A stretch of DNA of 24,793 bases from the NCBI GenBank assembly GCA_031409335.1, contig JANNWY010000258.1:1-24793 (forward strand), read 5' to 3'. The notes under the pieces are model-generated. The model was given only the letters and a program-made list of their open reading frames with translations, did not search any database and was not told where the DNA came from. The position numbers and the translations under genes are program-made. How positions within the stretch are numbered: the stretch's first letter is position 1; each line of letters starts with the position of its first letter. This document shows, piece after piece, positions 8,399 through 17,655 of this stretch. The DNA comes from Chthoniobacteraceae bacterium (GTDB taxonomy: Bacteria > Verrucomicrobiota > Verrucomicrobiia > Chthoniobacterales > Chthoniobacteraceae).

Positions 8399-8400
8399 CG

Positions 8401-11082
8401 TCACGCAACGCCGCACATGCGACTGTAAGCGTCGAGCATTCGATCGAGTGAAAACTCGGAACGAATGCGCTCGCGACCCGCTTTGGCAAAGGATTCGCGA
8501 AGGGCGGAATCGTTCGCGAGTTTGGCGATGGCGTTGGCGAGCGCTTGTGGATCGCGCCGCGAAGTTAGAAGTCCATTTACGTCATTGATGATCTGTTCGT
8601 TCGCGCCGCCAACATCCGTCGCGATGACGGGAACGCCTGCGGCCATCGCTTCGAGCGAGGCATTCGGACAGCCGGATGGCTCGGAGATCATCACGAAAAG
8701 ATCGAGTCCCGAGAGGAAGTCGCGCGTGTCGGCGAGTTCGCCGCACCACTCGACCGGAAGGCCGCGCGCGCGTGCGCGGAGTTCGTGCGCGTGACTTTCA
8801 AAACCGCGCTCCGGCCCGCCCGCGATGCGCAACGTAAAGGGCGGGAGTCGCGGAGCGGCGATGCGCGCTGCGTCGAGCAGATCGCCGATTCTTTTGTCGG
8901 GTGAAAGGCGTGCGGCACTGCCGATCATCAGCGGACCATCGCGGCGGATGATCGGTGATATTTCATCGGGCGCGACGCCATTGCGGATCACGTGAACCGG
9001 CGCGCCGAGCGTCGCCGCGGCGCGGCCCGATTCGGCGGCGTATTTCACCACCACGCCGGCGAGAAGCGCTCCGTATTCCGCTGGCGTCCGATACGGCAGA
9101 CCCGCGCGGGGATTTGCGAAATAGCGGGTGAGCGAGGTGAAATACATCTCGCCAGGACTCACGTCGAAGACCGGCACATCGAGCAGCGCATCGGCGAGCA
9201 GCACTTTGAAAACGGGAATGAGATTCCAGAAAAGCACGGCCCGCGGACGGTCGGCGTCAATCGCGGCGAGCACGCGAGCCGCAGCGTCTTGCGCATCGAG
9301 CACATCCGGCGGCGGCACGGCGAGCACGGCGATTCCCGCATTCATGAGCGCAGACCGGCCCGGCGTGGGATGCGACGGATGCTCTTCGACGACCGCCGCG
9401 CGCACTTTCACACCGCGCTGCGCGAGGCCGAGCAAGAGTCGTCGCGCACTCGACTGCGCGCCGCCGGTCGAAAAGTTATTGGTGATCAGCCACAGTCCGT
9501 CGGGTTTGGAATTCCGACGCGTGAGCACTCGCGGATACAGCCAGCGAGTGCGCGCGGCCATTTCGTGACGGGTGAAGCTCGGCGGCAGGGATGAAATTCG
9601 TTCGTGTGAAATCCGTGACGCTTTTTCCAACGCATCCACGAATGCAGAATCCGCTGCGTCCACCGGCAGCAAAGTGATTGCGGAACTTTGCGCCGCGATC
9701 TCGCTCGTCCCGCCCACATCGGTCGCGACGATTCGCAGACCCGCCGCGAGCGCTTCGAGATGCGCGAGGCTCAGCCCTTCGTGCGCGCTCACGGAAAGCA
9801 GCACGTCTCCCGTGGCCAGCACATCGCTGATTTCATGCAGCGCGCCGGGCCACGCGATGTCGTTGCGCGCAGGTGAACTTTCGATCGCCGCCGTGAGCAG
9901 AGCGGCAGCCTGTTCCGCATCAGCGCTGCCAAGCGCGGGTGCGCCGGCAATCAGCAATCGCGCGCGGCGCGGGACGATTCGGTTTTGCAATTGCGCGAGG
10001 ATCGCGGGCAGTCGGTCGAGCCGCTTTTGTCGGCGCGGATTTGCGATGGCCAGGATCACGAAATCCTCCGCGCGCCAGCCAAAGCGTGCGCGTATTCCAA
10101 CGCCCGCTGTTGTCGCGGGTTCGATCCCGTTCCACACCGTCCGCACCGGCCTTGTCATCACGCGCTCCTCGACGGCGCGGGAGCAGGTGAGGATCAAACC
10201 GGCGGGAATGGCTTCCCCTTCGATTCCCGCGGGCCAGCCTTCCGGCATGTTGTGCAGCGTCATCGCGAGCGGCAGATTGCGCGCGCGGATTTCACGGGCT
10301 TCATCGGCGGTGATGAGATGTGCGTGGATCAGATCGGCCCCGAAATCACGCGCGGCATTTGCGATGGCCTCTCCGCGCGCGACGGCTTCGCAGGGCGTGC
10401 GCGAGAGATCGTAAAAATCGGGCGGCTCGGGAAACGCTTCACGCGTGGGGCGTCCGAGCGCGGCGACGGCGACCGCGACGCCCTGGCGCGAAAGCTCGTG
10501 CGCGAGATCGAGCGTCACACGTTCCGCGCCGCCGAGCTGGATGCTGGTGATGACTTGCAGCACGCGCATTCCCGCGAACTCGTGAACGTCGAGCGCGGGC
10601 AGGTGAACTTTGCGAAACTCACGCGCTGTGAACAGGCGATGCCATGCGGTTGGGGTCGAGGTTTCCCATTCCAGAAAGGCTCCGAGATGCTGTGCGGCGG
10701 CAGGTTCCAGATACGTGCAGGCTGGCGGCGGAGGGTTTCCGGCGCGGTCGAAATCTCCGCCGTGTTTTTGCAGCGCGTCGCGCCATTGCTCGGCGCGGAG
10801 ATGGGACGGATGGGAGGCATGGGACGAATGCCGCACGGCGCCGAGCGCGATCAGCGGGCGTCCGGTGGCGCTTTTCGGAATGGGTGACAGCACATCGCTT
10901 TCGACGAACCACCCGCCAGCTTCGATCAGCAGCACGGGCTCGCCGGCAGAGCGCAACCGGGCGGCCAGCTCTTCCCCGGAATCGATGATTTCAGACGCGA
11001 TGCCCGCGTGTTTCAGCGCGCGCTCAGTTCGCCCGATCCGCATCGCCTCGCCGGAATCCAGCGCGAGAATCCATCCGCGCAT
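8401..11082 (-). CDS. Glycosyltransferase with two tandem GT4 (GT-B) modules
   Basis: Two sets of motifs: GGAERV / GGAQSS, and EGLSLAHLEALAAG..ATDVGG / SGCPNASLEAMAAG..ATDVGG. Confidence 0.9.
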   Translation of the reverse strand: MRGWILALDSGEAMRIGRTERALKHAGIASEIIDSGEELAARLRSAGEPVLLIEAGGWFVESDVLSPIPKSATGRPLIALGAVRHSSHASHPSHLRAEQWRDALQKHGGDFDRAGNPPPPACTYLEPAAAQHLGAFLEWETSTPTAWHRLFTAREFRKVHLPALDVHEFAGMRVLQVITSIQLGGAERVTLDLAHELSRQGVAVAVAALGRPTREAFPEPPDFYDLSRTPCEAVARGEAIANAARDFGADLIHAHLITADEAREIRARNLPLAMTLHNMPEGWPAGIEGEAIPAGLILTCSRAVEERVMTRPVRTVWNGIEPATTAGVGIRARFGWRAEDFVILAIANPRRQKRLDRLPAILAQLQNRIVPRRARLLIAGAPALGSADAEQAAALLTAAIESSPARNDIAWPGALHEISDVLATGDVLLSVSAHEGLSLAHLEALAAGLRIVATDVGGTSEIAAQSSAITLLPVDAADSAFVDALEKASRISHERISSLPPSFTRHEMAARTRWLYPRVLTRRNSKPDGLWLITNNFSTGGAQSSARRLLLGLAQRGVKVRAAVVEEHPSHPTPGRSALMNAGIAVLAVPPPDVLDAQDAAARVLAAIDADRPRAVLFWNLIPVFKVLLADALLDVPVFDVSPGEMYFTSLTRYFANPRAGLPYRTPAEYGALLAGVVVKYAAESGRAAATLGAPVHVIRNGVAPDEISPIIRRDGPLMIGSAARLSPDKRIGDLLDAARIAAPRLPPFTLRIAGGPERGFESHAHELRARARGLPVEWCGELADTRDFLSGLDLFVMISEPSGCPNASLEAMAAGVPVIATDVGGANEQIINDVNGLLTSRRDPQALANAIAKLANDSALRESFAKAGRERIRSEFSLDRMLDAYSRMCGVA

Positions 11083-11085
11083 CGA

Positions 11086-12504
11086 CTAATACGCCGAAGG
11101 ATGACCGCGAAACGGCGGGTCGATGTCCATCTCCGATGCCATCCCGATCGCATTGCCCATCCGTCGCGACCTGCTCGAACCACCGGTCGATGAGACCGAG
11201 ACATTCGCCGGACGCGAGCCGGTGAAGACAAACTGACCTTGCGGACCCGGCTCGTATGGGACGGTTTTTGCCTGTGAATTTCCATTCACCGTGTAACGGC
11301 ACACGATCGGCGTGCCGCTGGAAACTCCTTCGCCGACGATCCAGAATCCATCTTCGCCAAGCCGGACGCGCAGCGGCTGGCCGGAAAGGCTGGCGGTCGA
11401 AGGAAGTCCACCCGAGCTGCGGCCAGAGTTTGCGCCGATCGCTTTCGTGATCACCCGGATGATCGCGAATGCTATCGCGAGAAAGACTCCGATGATCGGG
11501 ATGGCCAGCAGCCCGCGGAACGAAGAACCACCGCCTGAAGTGCGCTCGATCGCAGCGTGTGTCTCGACGTGCGTCGGTGCGGGCGCGGCGGGTTCCGCGG
11601 CTTCCAGGTTCACCGGCGGCGGTGCGACTACGGCTGCCGGCGCGATCGCGCGCGCATTGAGATCAAAGGTCATCACGCGGAAACCATTGTCGGCATTGCG
11701 ACTCAGCGGGTCGTTGCGATAGCGCGCGGCGGGGCGGCAAAACTTTGGCTCGCGCGACCACGAGCCGCCGCGCAGCACACGGCGCGGTTTGTCGGAAAGG
11801 TTTTGATTGCGCTGGATCGGGTCGGTCGCATCCGCCGCGTCGTACGGCGCATACCAATCCTCGCACCACTCCCACACGTTCCCGAGCATGTCGCCGAGGC
11901 CCCACGCATTCGCGGCGTTCTCGCCGACCGCGTGCGTGCTGTTTCCCGAGTTGCTGTTGTGCCACGCATCCATCTCGGGCACGCCGCCCGCGCGCGCGGC
12001 GCATTCCCACTGCGCCTCGCTCGGCAGCGCGAAAGCGCGTCCACTTTTCCGCGATAGCCAGCGCAGGAACGCGTCCGCATCTTTGTAAGTCACGATCGTC
12101 ACCGGATGCGCATCGGTCTGCGCAAAGCCGGGATTTTTCCACGTGAAATCCCTGCGTTGCGTGAGCTTCGTGCCATCCCAGCCGAAGCCACCCGAAGTGC
12201 CGGTCTCCGCCTCGGTGCGATGGCGCGTCTCCTCCACGAAGCGCGCGAACTGCCCGCGCGTCACCGGAAATTTCCCGAGAAAAAACGGGCGCGTCAGCGT
12301 GATATTGCGCTGCGTTTCATCCGCGCCGCGTCCCGCCTCACTGGTTGGCGAGCCTTGCTGAAAACTGCCTGGCTCGATGCGCACCGCTTCTAGCGTCTGC
12401 CCGCCGCCAAGATCGACGCGGAGTATTTCAGGAGTCTGCGCGAGCGAATGGACCGTGACGAAAAGCGCCGCGAAAGCGCCTCGGAAAAAGGTGAAAGCGC
12501 ACAT
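11086..12504 (-). CDS. Formylglycine-generating enzyme (SUMF1/FGE-like) domain membrane protein
   Basis: F-x-x-G-S, PVT..QF, LPSEAQWE, NAWGLGDMLGNVWEWC, RVLRGGSW and GFRV, then a Pro/Ala linker, one TM helix and a short C-terminal domain. Confidence 0.9.
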   Translation of the reverse strand: MCAFTFFRGAFAALFVTVHSLAQTPEILRVDLGGGQTLEAVRIEPGSFQQGSPTSEAGRGADETQRNITLTRPFFLGKFPVTRGQFARFVEETRHRTEAETGTSGGFGWDGTKLTQRRDFTWKNPGFAQTDAHPVTIVTYKDADAFLRWLSRKSGRAFALPSEAQWECAARAGGVPEMDAWHNSNSGNSTHAVGENAANAWGLGDMLGNVWEWCEDWYAPYDAADATDPIQRNQNLSDKPRRVLRGGSWSREPKFCRPAARYRNDPLSRNADNGFRVMTFDLNARAIAPAAVVAPPPVNLEAAEPAAPAPTHVETHAAIERTSGGGSSFRGLLAIPIIGVFLAIAFAIIRVITKAIGANSGRSSGGLPSTASLSGQPLRVRLGEDGFWIVGEGVSSGTPIVCRYTVNGNSQAKTVPYEPGPQGQFVFTGSRPANVSVSSTGGSSRSRRMGNAIGMASEMDIDPPFRGHPSAY

Positions 12505-12607
12505 GGGATGAGCGTTTCTGCGTTCGAGAATCGGCGGCGTCAAGCCCGGCGATGACGAGCCTTTCCAAAGCCTTCGCTTTCCAATATGCCTCACCTACTC
12601 GTCACCT

Positions 12608-13288
12608 ATGAAAACGTCCCTCATTTCCCTTCCCATCATCCCCGCCCTCGACCGCCGCAGCTTCCTCTCGCGCTGCGGGCTCAGCCTCGCCTTCCTCGCC
12701 GTGCCCGGCGCATACGCCGAAGCGCTCACCAAGACACCGAGGCAAACCGAAGGCCCGTTTTACCCCGACCATCTCCCGCTCGATACCGACAACGATCTGC
12801 TCATCCTCAACGACGCGACCACGCCCGCGGTCGGCGACGTGACTTATCTCAGCGGACGCATCCTCGATGAAGGCGGCGCACCCATTCGCAATGCCATCGT
12901 CGAGATCTGGCAGTGCGATAAACACGGCGCGTATCTGCACTCCGGCACGAGCAACGCCGACAAACGCGACAAGAATTTCCAAGGCTTCGGACGCTTCAGC
13001 ACTGGCTCCACGGGCGAATATCTTTTCCGCACCATCAAGCCCGTGTCCTATCCCGGCCGCTGCCCGCACATTCATTTCGCGGTGAAAATGAAGGGCCGCG
13101 AAAAGTGGACGACGCAGTGTTACATCAAGGGTGAACCGACCAACGAAAAGGACGGCATCTGGAAAAACGTGCGCGATGAAAAACAGCGCGATGCCATCAC
13201 CGTCGATTTTGCTCCGCTCAAGGAAGCGAAAGCCGGTGAGCTGGCGGCGCGCTTCGACATCGTGATGGGGTTCACCCCGGCGGCGTAG
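12608..13288 (+). CDS. Intradiol ring-cleavage dioxygenase (protocatechuate 3,4-dioxygenase-like) with Tat signal
   Basis: DRRSFL Tat motif, EGPFYP, EIWQCD..G.Y, FRTIKPVSYPGRCPHIHF (Tyr/His iron ligands). Confidence 0.9.
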   Translation: MKTSLISLPIIPALDRRSFLSRCGLSLAFLAVPGAYAEALTKTPRQTEGPFYPDHLPLDTDNDLLILNDATTPAVGDVTYLSGRILDEGGAPIRNAIVEIWQCDKHGAYLHSGTSNADKRDKNFQGFGRFSTGSTGEYLFRTIKPVSYPGRCPHIHFAVKMKGREKWTTQCYIKGEPTNEKDGIWKNVRDEKQRDAITVDFAPLKEAKAGELAARFDIVMGFTPAA

Positions 13289-13309
13289 GCTCGGCCTCAG
13301 CCGCCGCGC

Positions 13310-14320
13310 TTAGAAATCGAAACCGTCGATATTCTCTTTCGTGAAAATGAACGGCTTCCCGAGCAGGATGTGGTCGCCCTTCACTTCCATCTTCCCGATT
13401 TTCCCCGCGTCGAATTCCGTCGCCCCGGCCTTGAGCGTCCCGTTCGCGACCGCCGCCGCGGCTTTCACCGTGAGGTAGCCGAGGTCTTCGACTTTCCACA
13501 GGATCACGGCCTGGGTCACACCGTCCTTCACGTAAGTCTTGTTTTCGCTAGGCAGGCCTAGCCCGAGCACTTTCACAGTGCCCGTCTTGCCCGCCTGCTT
13601 CACCGCTTCCGCCGCGCCCGGCACCGCGGGCGAGCAGATGGCCATGATGCACTTCAGGTTCGGATTCGCGCTGAGCAGGTTCGTCGCTTCCTGCTGTGCT
13701 TTGTCCTTCTGGTCGTCGCACGGTTTGGTGTCGATGAGCTTCATCTTTGGATACTTCGCCGCGAGCCGCGCCTCGATGTGTTTGCGCCACTCGTTCATAT
13801 TCGCCGCGGTCAGCGTTGCCGTGATGATCGCAAACTCGCCTTCCTCACCGGTGAGCCGCGCGGCTTCATCCATGAGGGTCTGCCCGATGCCTTCCGCCGT
13901 CGCCTGATTCACAAAAAACGAACGCGCGTCGGCGTTGGCATCGCTGTCATAAGTCACGACCTTGATGCCCTTCGCTTGCGCCTTCTTCAGCGCGGTGGAA
14001 ATACCCTCTTTGTTCTCGCAGGCCGCCGCGATCGCATCGACGCCGAGCGTGATCCAATTCTCGACGATCTCATTCTGCTTTGCCGGGTCGGTGTTGGTCG
14101 GCCCGTCGAAAAGCAGCTCGACGCCCAATTCGCCTGCCGCACTTCGCGCCCCCTTTTCGCAGGTGACGAAGTATTGGTTCCCCTTGCTCTTCGGCAGCAG
14201 CGCGATCGTCAGTTTCTTCCCCCCGGCGTTCGGAGTGGCGATGGAGCTTTCGGGTTTCTTTTCGCAGGCCGCGATGAGGGTGAAAGCGAGGGCGAGGATG
14301 AGTGCGGATAGTTTCTTCAT
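13310..14320 (-). CDS. Sugar ABC transporter substrate-binding lipoprotein (RhaS/LsrB-like)
   Basis: Lipobox LIAAC, LLPKSKGNQYF, VVTYDSD and ILWKVEDLGY. No permease or ATPase is adjacent. Confidence 0.88.
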   Translation of the reverse strand: MKKLSALILALAFTLIAACEKKPESSIATPNAGGKKLTIALLPKSKGNQYFVTCEKGARSAAGELGVELLFDGPTNTDPAKQNEIVENWITLGVDAIAAACENKEGISTALKKAQAKGIKVVTYDSDANADARSFFVNQATAEGIGQTLMDEAARLTGEEGEFAIITATLTAANMNEWRKHIEARLAAKYPKMKLIDTKPCDDQKDKAQQEATNLLSANPNLKCIMAICSPAVPGAAEAVKQAGKTGTVKVLGLGLPSENKTYVKDGVTQAVILWKVEDLGYLTVKAAAAVANGTLKAGATEFDAGKIGKMEVKGDHILLGKPFIFTKENIDGFDF

Positions 14321-14375
14321 GGGGACAATTTTGGGCCGCAAAGATGGGCAGCATCCCGGCAAACGGGCAAGCGCA

Positions 14376-15071
14376 TTACTCCACCACGCGGTAGCGGAGG
14401 AAACATTCACCTTCCACCTCATGCATCTCGCGCAAGACGCAGCGCGTGGCGCGCGGCAGAAAATCGCCGGCCAGGCCAGTCAGCGTGGGAGCGCGCCGAC
14501 CGCCGAAGATTTTCGGCGAAAGCGTGAGGTGAATTTCATCGACGAGGTGCTGCTCGATCATTGCGCGAAAGAGGCGCGGACCCCCTTCGCACACGACGCG
14601 TTTCAAGCCGTAGTCCGAGCGAAGAGTCGCGAGCATGGCCGGGAGATTGACGGTCGCGCTTTCGTAAAGCCAGAGGTCAGCTTTTTGCGCGAGAACACTC
14701 CGATTGCCGGCGGGCATCCGCGTGGTGCTGAAGATGATGACGGGGGAACAATCATTTGAAAAAACGCGCAAGGCGGAGGACACGCGACCGGAATTACTGA
14801 CGATCACGCGCAGCGGACAGGGCGGCTGCTTTCGCGCGACTCGCGCGGCGCGGAGCGCGGGGTCGCTGATGCCCATCGTCATCGCGTCCGCGGAAATGGT
14901 GCTGGCACCCAAGAGGATTCCGTCGCCCGTCGCGCGAATCTCGGAGAGCCGGCGCTTGTCGCGCTGCGATGTAAAATCGGACGGCGTGAACTTTCGCGTG
15001 GAAACGCGGCCATCCCAAGTGATCGCAAAATTCGCGGTGACAAAGGGACGCGCTGGCGACCGCGTTTTCAT
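14376..15071 (-). CDS. RibD C-terminal domain / dihydrofolate-reductase-family protein
   Basis: RPFVTANFAITWDG, D..L.GA.T, VCEGG, VDEIHLTLSPKIFGG. Start set at ATG 15071. Confidence 0.88.
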   Translation of the reverse strand: MKTRSPARPFVTANFAITWDGRVSTRKFTPSDFTSQRDKRRLSEIRATGDGILLGASTISADAMTMGISDPALRAARVARKQPPCPLRVIVSNSGRVSSALRVFSNDCSPVIIFSTTRMPAGNRSVLAQKADLWLYESATVNLPAMLATLRSDYGLKRVVCEGGPRLFRAMIEQHLVDEIHLTLSPKIFGGRRAPTLTGLAGDFLPRATRCVLREMHEVEGECFLRYRVVE

Positions 15072-15099
15072 GGCCGCAAAAAGCCGGGCATTTTCCGAC

Positions 15100-16185
15100 T
15101 CATTCCTTTTGGGACTTGTGCGCCTTTTCGTGGCCATGCCCGGCTTCACGCGCGAGTTCCAATTCGGCGACGGTGTGCTCGGCGGCGGCGACTTCCCGGC
15201 GCATCTCGCGGAGCCGCGCGTGTTCGCTCGGCCGGTAGGCGAGGTAGATGGCTGCGCCGACGAGGCCCCAGAAAAGCGTAAGCACGTAGCCGGTGGACGA
15301 GATGACGACGGCGATGGCTTGCGTGACGCCGCAGAGATCGCCGAGGAAAATTTCAAAAAGACTCTCGCGCACACCGATGCCGCCGAGGCTGATCGGGAGC
15401 GAGACGATGGTGTTGATGATCGGCGCGATGGAGAAAAATTCGCCGGCAGTGGGCGTGATCGTTTTCGGCCCGGAGAAGGCGAGGGCGGCGCAGTAGAACG
15501 TGGCCATGTGCAGGAGATGCACGCCAAAGGAAAGGATGAAGGCGGCGAGCGAGGGCTTCCACGCGCGGGCGTAGAGATTGTAGGCGAGGGCGAGTTCGGC
15601 GAGGCGCTCGCGGCCAGGCATCCGCACGGGCAGCCGGTGGACGAGGCCAAAGCCGGTGACGATGAAGGAAAACGTGAGGCCGACGATGCCGACGCCGAGG
15701 ATGATGAAAACGAGCCAGACAAATTGCGCGGTCTGCGGCGTGCCGGTGAGCCATGTCCAATGCGTGACGGTGAGCGACGCGGCGAGGACGATGAGCGCAA
15801 CGAGGCCGATGAGGCGATCGACGAGCACGGAAAGGACGGCGACCGTGCGCTGGCCGGCGGTTTCTTTCAGCACGTAGAAAAGTTTCACGACATCGCCGCC
15901 GGTATCGCCGGGAATCAGGAAGCTGAAAAAAAGCCCGATCATGTTTAGCGAAAAGACGCGCCGCCAACTGATGGCGATGCCCTGCACGCGCAGCAGCGTC
16001 TGCCAGCGGATGCAGGCGACGATTTCCGCGAGGCCGTACACGGCGATGCCGATGAAGAGCCACCACGAGTTCGCGCCCTTGAGCGCGGCGGCCATATCGG
16101 CGCGTTTCGCCGGATCGCGAAACACGAAGAAGAGGATGCCCAGCGTGACGCAGATCTGGACCGCCGTGAGCGCCGCTTTCTTCAC
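15100..16185 (-). CDS. Lysylphosphatidylglycerol synthase TM-domain (UPF0104 flippase-like) protein
   Basis: RWQTLL, PGDTGGDVVK, DRLIG and LPISLGGIGVRE, with many TM helices. Probable GTG start at 16185. Confidence 0.88.
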   Translation of the reverse strand: MKKAALTAVQICVTLGILFFVFRDPAKRADMAAALKGANSWWLFIGIAVYGLAEIVACIRWQTLLRVQGIAISWRRVFSLNMIGLFFSFLIPGDTGGDVVKLFYVLKETAGQRTVAVLSVLVDRLIGLVALIVLAASLTVTHWTWLTGTPQTAQFVWLVFIILGVGIVGLTFSFIVTGFGLVHRLPVRMPGRERLAELALAYNLYARAWKPSLAAFILSFGVHLLHMATFYCAALAFSGPKTITPTAGEFFSIAPIINTIVSLPISLGGIGVRESLFEIFLGDLCGVTQAIAVVISSTGYVLTLFWGLVGAAIYLAYRPSEHARLREMRREVAAAEHTVAELELAREAGHGHEKAHKSQKE

Positions 16186-16207
16186 GATGAACGGCGCTGC
16201 GCTGGCT

Positions 16208-16316
<109 letters not shown>

Positions 16317-16354
16317 CGCGCCGCAGGCCCGCCCCATTCCAAGCAAACTCCGCA

Positions 16355-17266
16355 TCATTCCCCGTACTTCCTGATCCAGCGTTCCCGGCCTTCGAGGATT
16401 TCCTCCCGCGTCCGCCGCGGGCTCATTTCAAAAACAAAGAGCGTATCCTTCGGAAGCTGCGGAATGAGTTTGCTGTATTCCACCTCGCCCTGAAACGGCG
16501 CCATGTGATCGCGCCCCGGCCACTGCGTATCGTGCAGGTGGCAGCCGATGAGACGCGGCGCGACGCGTTTCATCCACTCGACGTGATCGAGAAAGCCAAG
16601 GTTGTGCTTCACCTGCACGTGGCCGAAGTCGTGCCAGTAGCCAACGTGCGGAACATTGAATTGTTCGAGCACGCTCATCATCTCATCCTCGCTCGGGATT
16701 TCCTCAAAGCTGTGCCGGCTCTCGACGCCGAGCTTGATATTCTTTTCCGCCGCGTAGTTCGCGACGCGGCGCAGGCAGTCCAGCGAGCGCTGGAAATACG
16801 GACCGGATTTCGCCTCGCGCTGTTTCACGCAGTCGATCTTCGTCTGAATGTATTTGCGCGACTGACCCAGCCCGACCTCCGCCAGTTTGATCAGTTGATC
16901 CGTGAAATCCCCGAGTGGTGAGCGGCCGAGATGCAGGACCACGAATTTCGCGCCGAGCCGGACGGCAAAGTCGATCGTCTGAAACGAAAACTTCACGGCG
17001 CGCTCGCGCTCGCGTTCATCCGGCGAGGAAAACTGATAGCAGTCCGGCGACGCACGCGTGATCTCGACCGGCAGCGGGCAGAAGTTGTGCAGCGACGAGA
17101 TTGTGACCTTGCCGGCTTCGACCATTTTTTGGACACCTTCCATCAGGGAAAGGCGAATCCCGTGGCCGAGTTCGACGCGGGTGAATCCGAGGGCGAGCAA
17201 TTCTTCGAGCATTTCCACGCCCTCAGTATGGCGGCCGGAATTCCAACAGGTTGAGACAGAAAGCAT
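16355..17266 (-). CDS. Sugar phosphate isomerase/epimerase (xylose-isomerase-like TIM barrel)
   Basis: VELGH, SLHNFCP, VVLHLG, GVESR, WHDFGH, HLHD..DH and VFE metal-binding motifs. Confidence 0.88.
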   Translation of the reverse strand: MLSVSTCWNSGRHTEGVEMLEELLALGFTRVELGHGIRLSLMEGVQKMVEAGKVTISSLHNFCPLPVEITRASPDCYQFSSPDERERERAVKFSFQTIDFAVRLGAKFVVLHLGRSPLGDFTDQLIKLAEVGLGQSRKYIQTKIDCVKQREAKSGPYFQRSLDCLRRVANYAAEKNIKLGVESRHSFEEIPSEDEMMSVLEQFNVPHVGYWHDFGHVQVKHNLGFLDHVEWMKRVAPRLIGCHLHDTQWPGRDHMAPFQGEVEYSKLIPQLPKDTLFVFEMSPRRTREEILEGRERWIRKYGE

Positions 17267-17655
17267 GATGAGGGATCGGAAACGAGAGCGCCAAAACTAG
17301 CGCCTCGTCCCCGCATCGCAATCCGCAAACGCCAGATTTTCAGAGCCTGGCGCATCGCGAATCTCGACGACAAATCACCTGCACCACGGCGTGGCAAATC
17401 CAGCGCCCTGCGGCAACCCGCCCCGCTTTTGCGGGTTACCTGCTGAGAGTTCTGCAAAAAGAATTTTGGAAACCGAGATGAGTGAAGCTCTCGGTGCTGG
17501 CAAATGCGAAGGCAGCACCGAACGGTTCGGCAATACTGCCCGCGCAAGCTCAAAGAATGCGTCTTTCCAAAACAAATTCACGCCAAGTTGCCGCGTCGCC
17601 GCAATCGCCATTCGCACTTGTGAGCCCTTCGGCTTGAATGCAAAGGTTTCCTCGC

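Noticed and set aside
11660..11800. FGE/CLec C-terminus as a DGR variable region
   Set aside because: No second copy of this segment and no RT gene were seen in the window.
12608..13288. Aromatic degradation (pca) pathway
   Set aside because: A single Tat-exported dioxygenase-like gene with no other pathway genes nearby, so no pcaG/pcaH symbol was assigned.
15072..15800. Long Ser/Pro-rich N-terminal extension of the RibD-like ORF
   Set aside because: Alternate frame overlapping the LPG-synthase TM gene; the RibD motifs begin only after ATG 15071.
14704..15948. 414-aa acidic plus-strand ORF
   Set aside because: Antisense shadow of the LPG-synthase TM and RibD-like genes; the acidic bias is what reverse-complemented hydrophobic codons produce.
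17393..17440. c-di-GMP-I riboswitch (GGCAAA ... GCGGGTTACC)
   Set aside because: Lacks the central GACGCAAA element and tetraloop architecture, and is too short.
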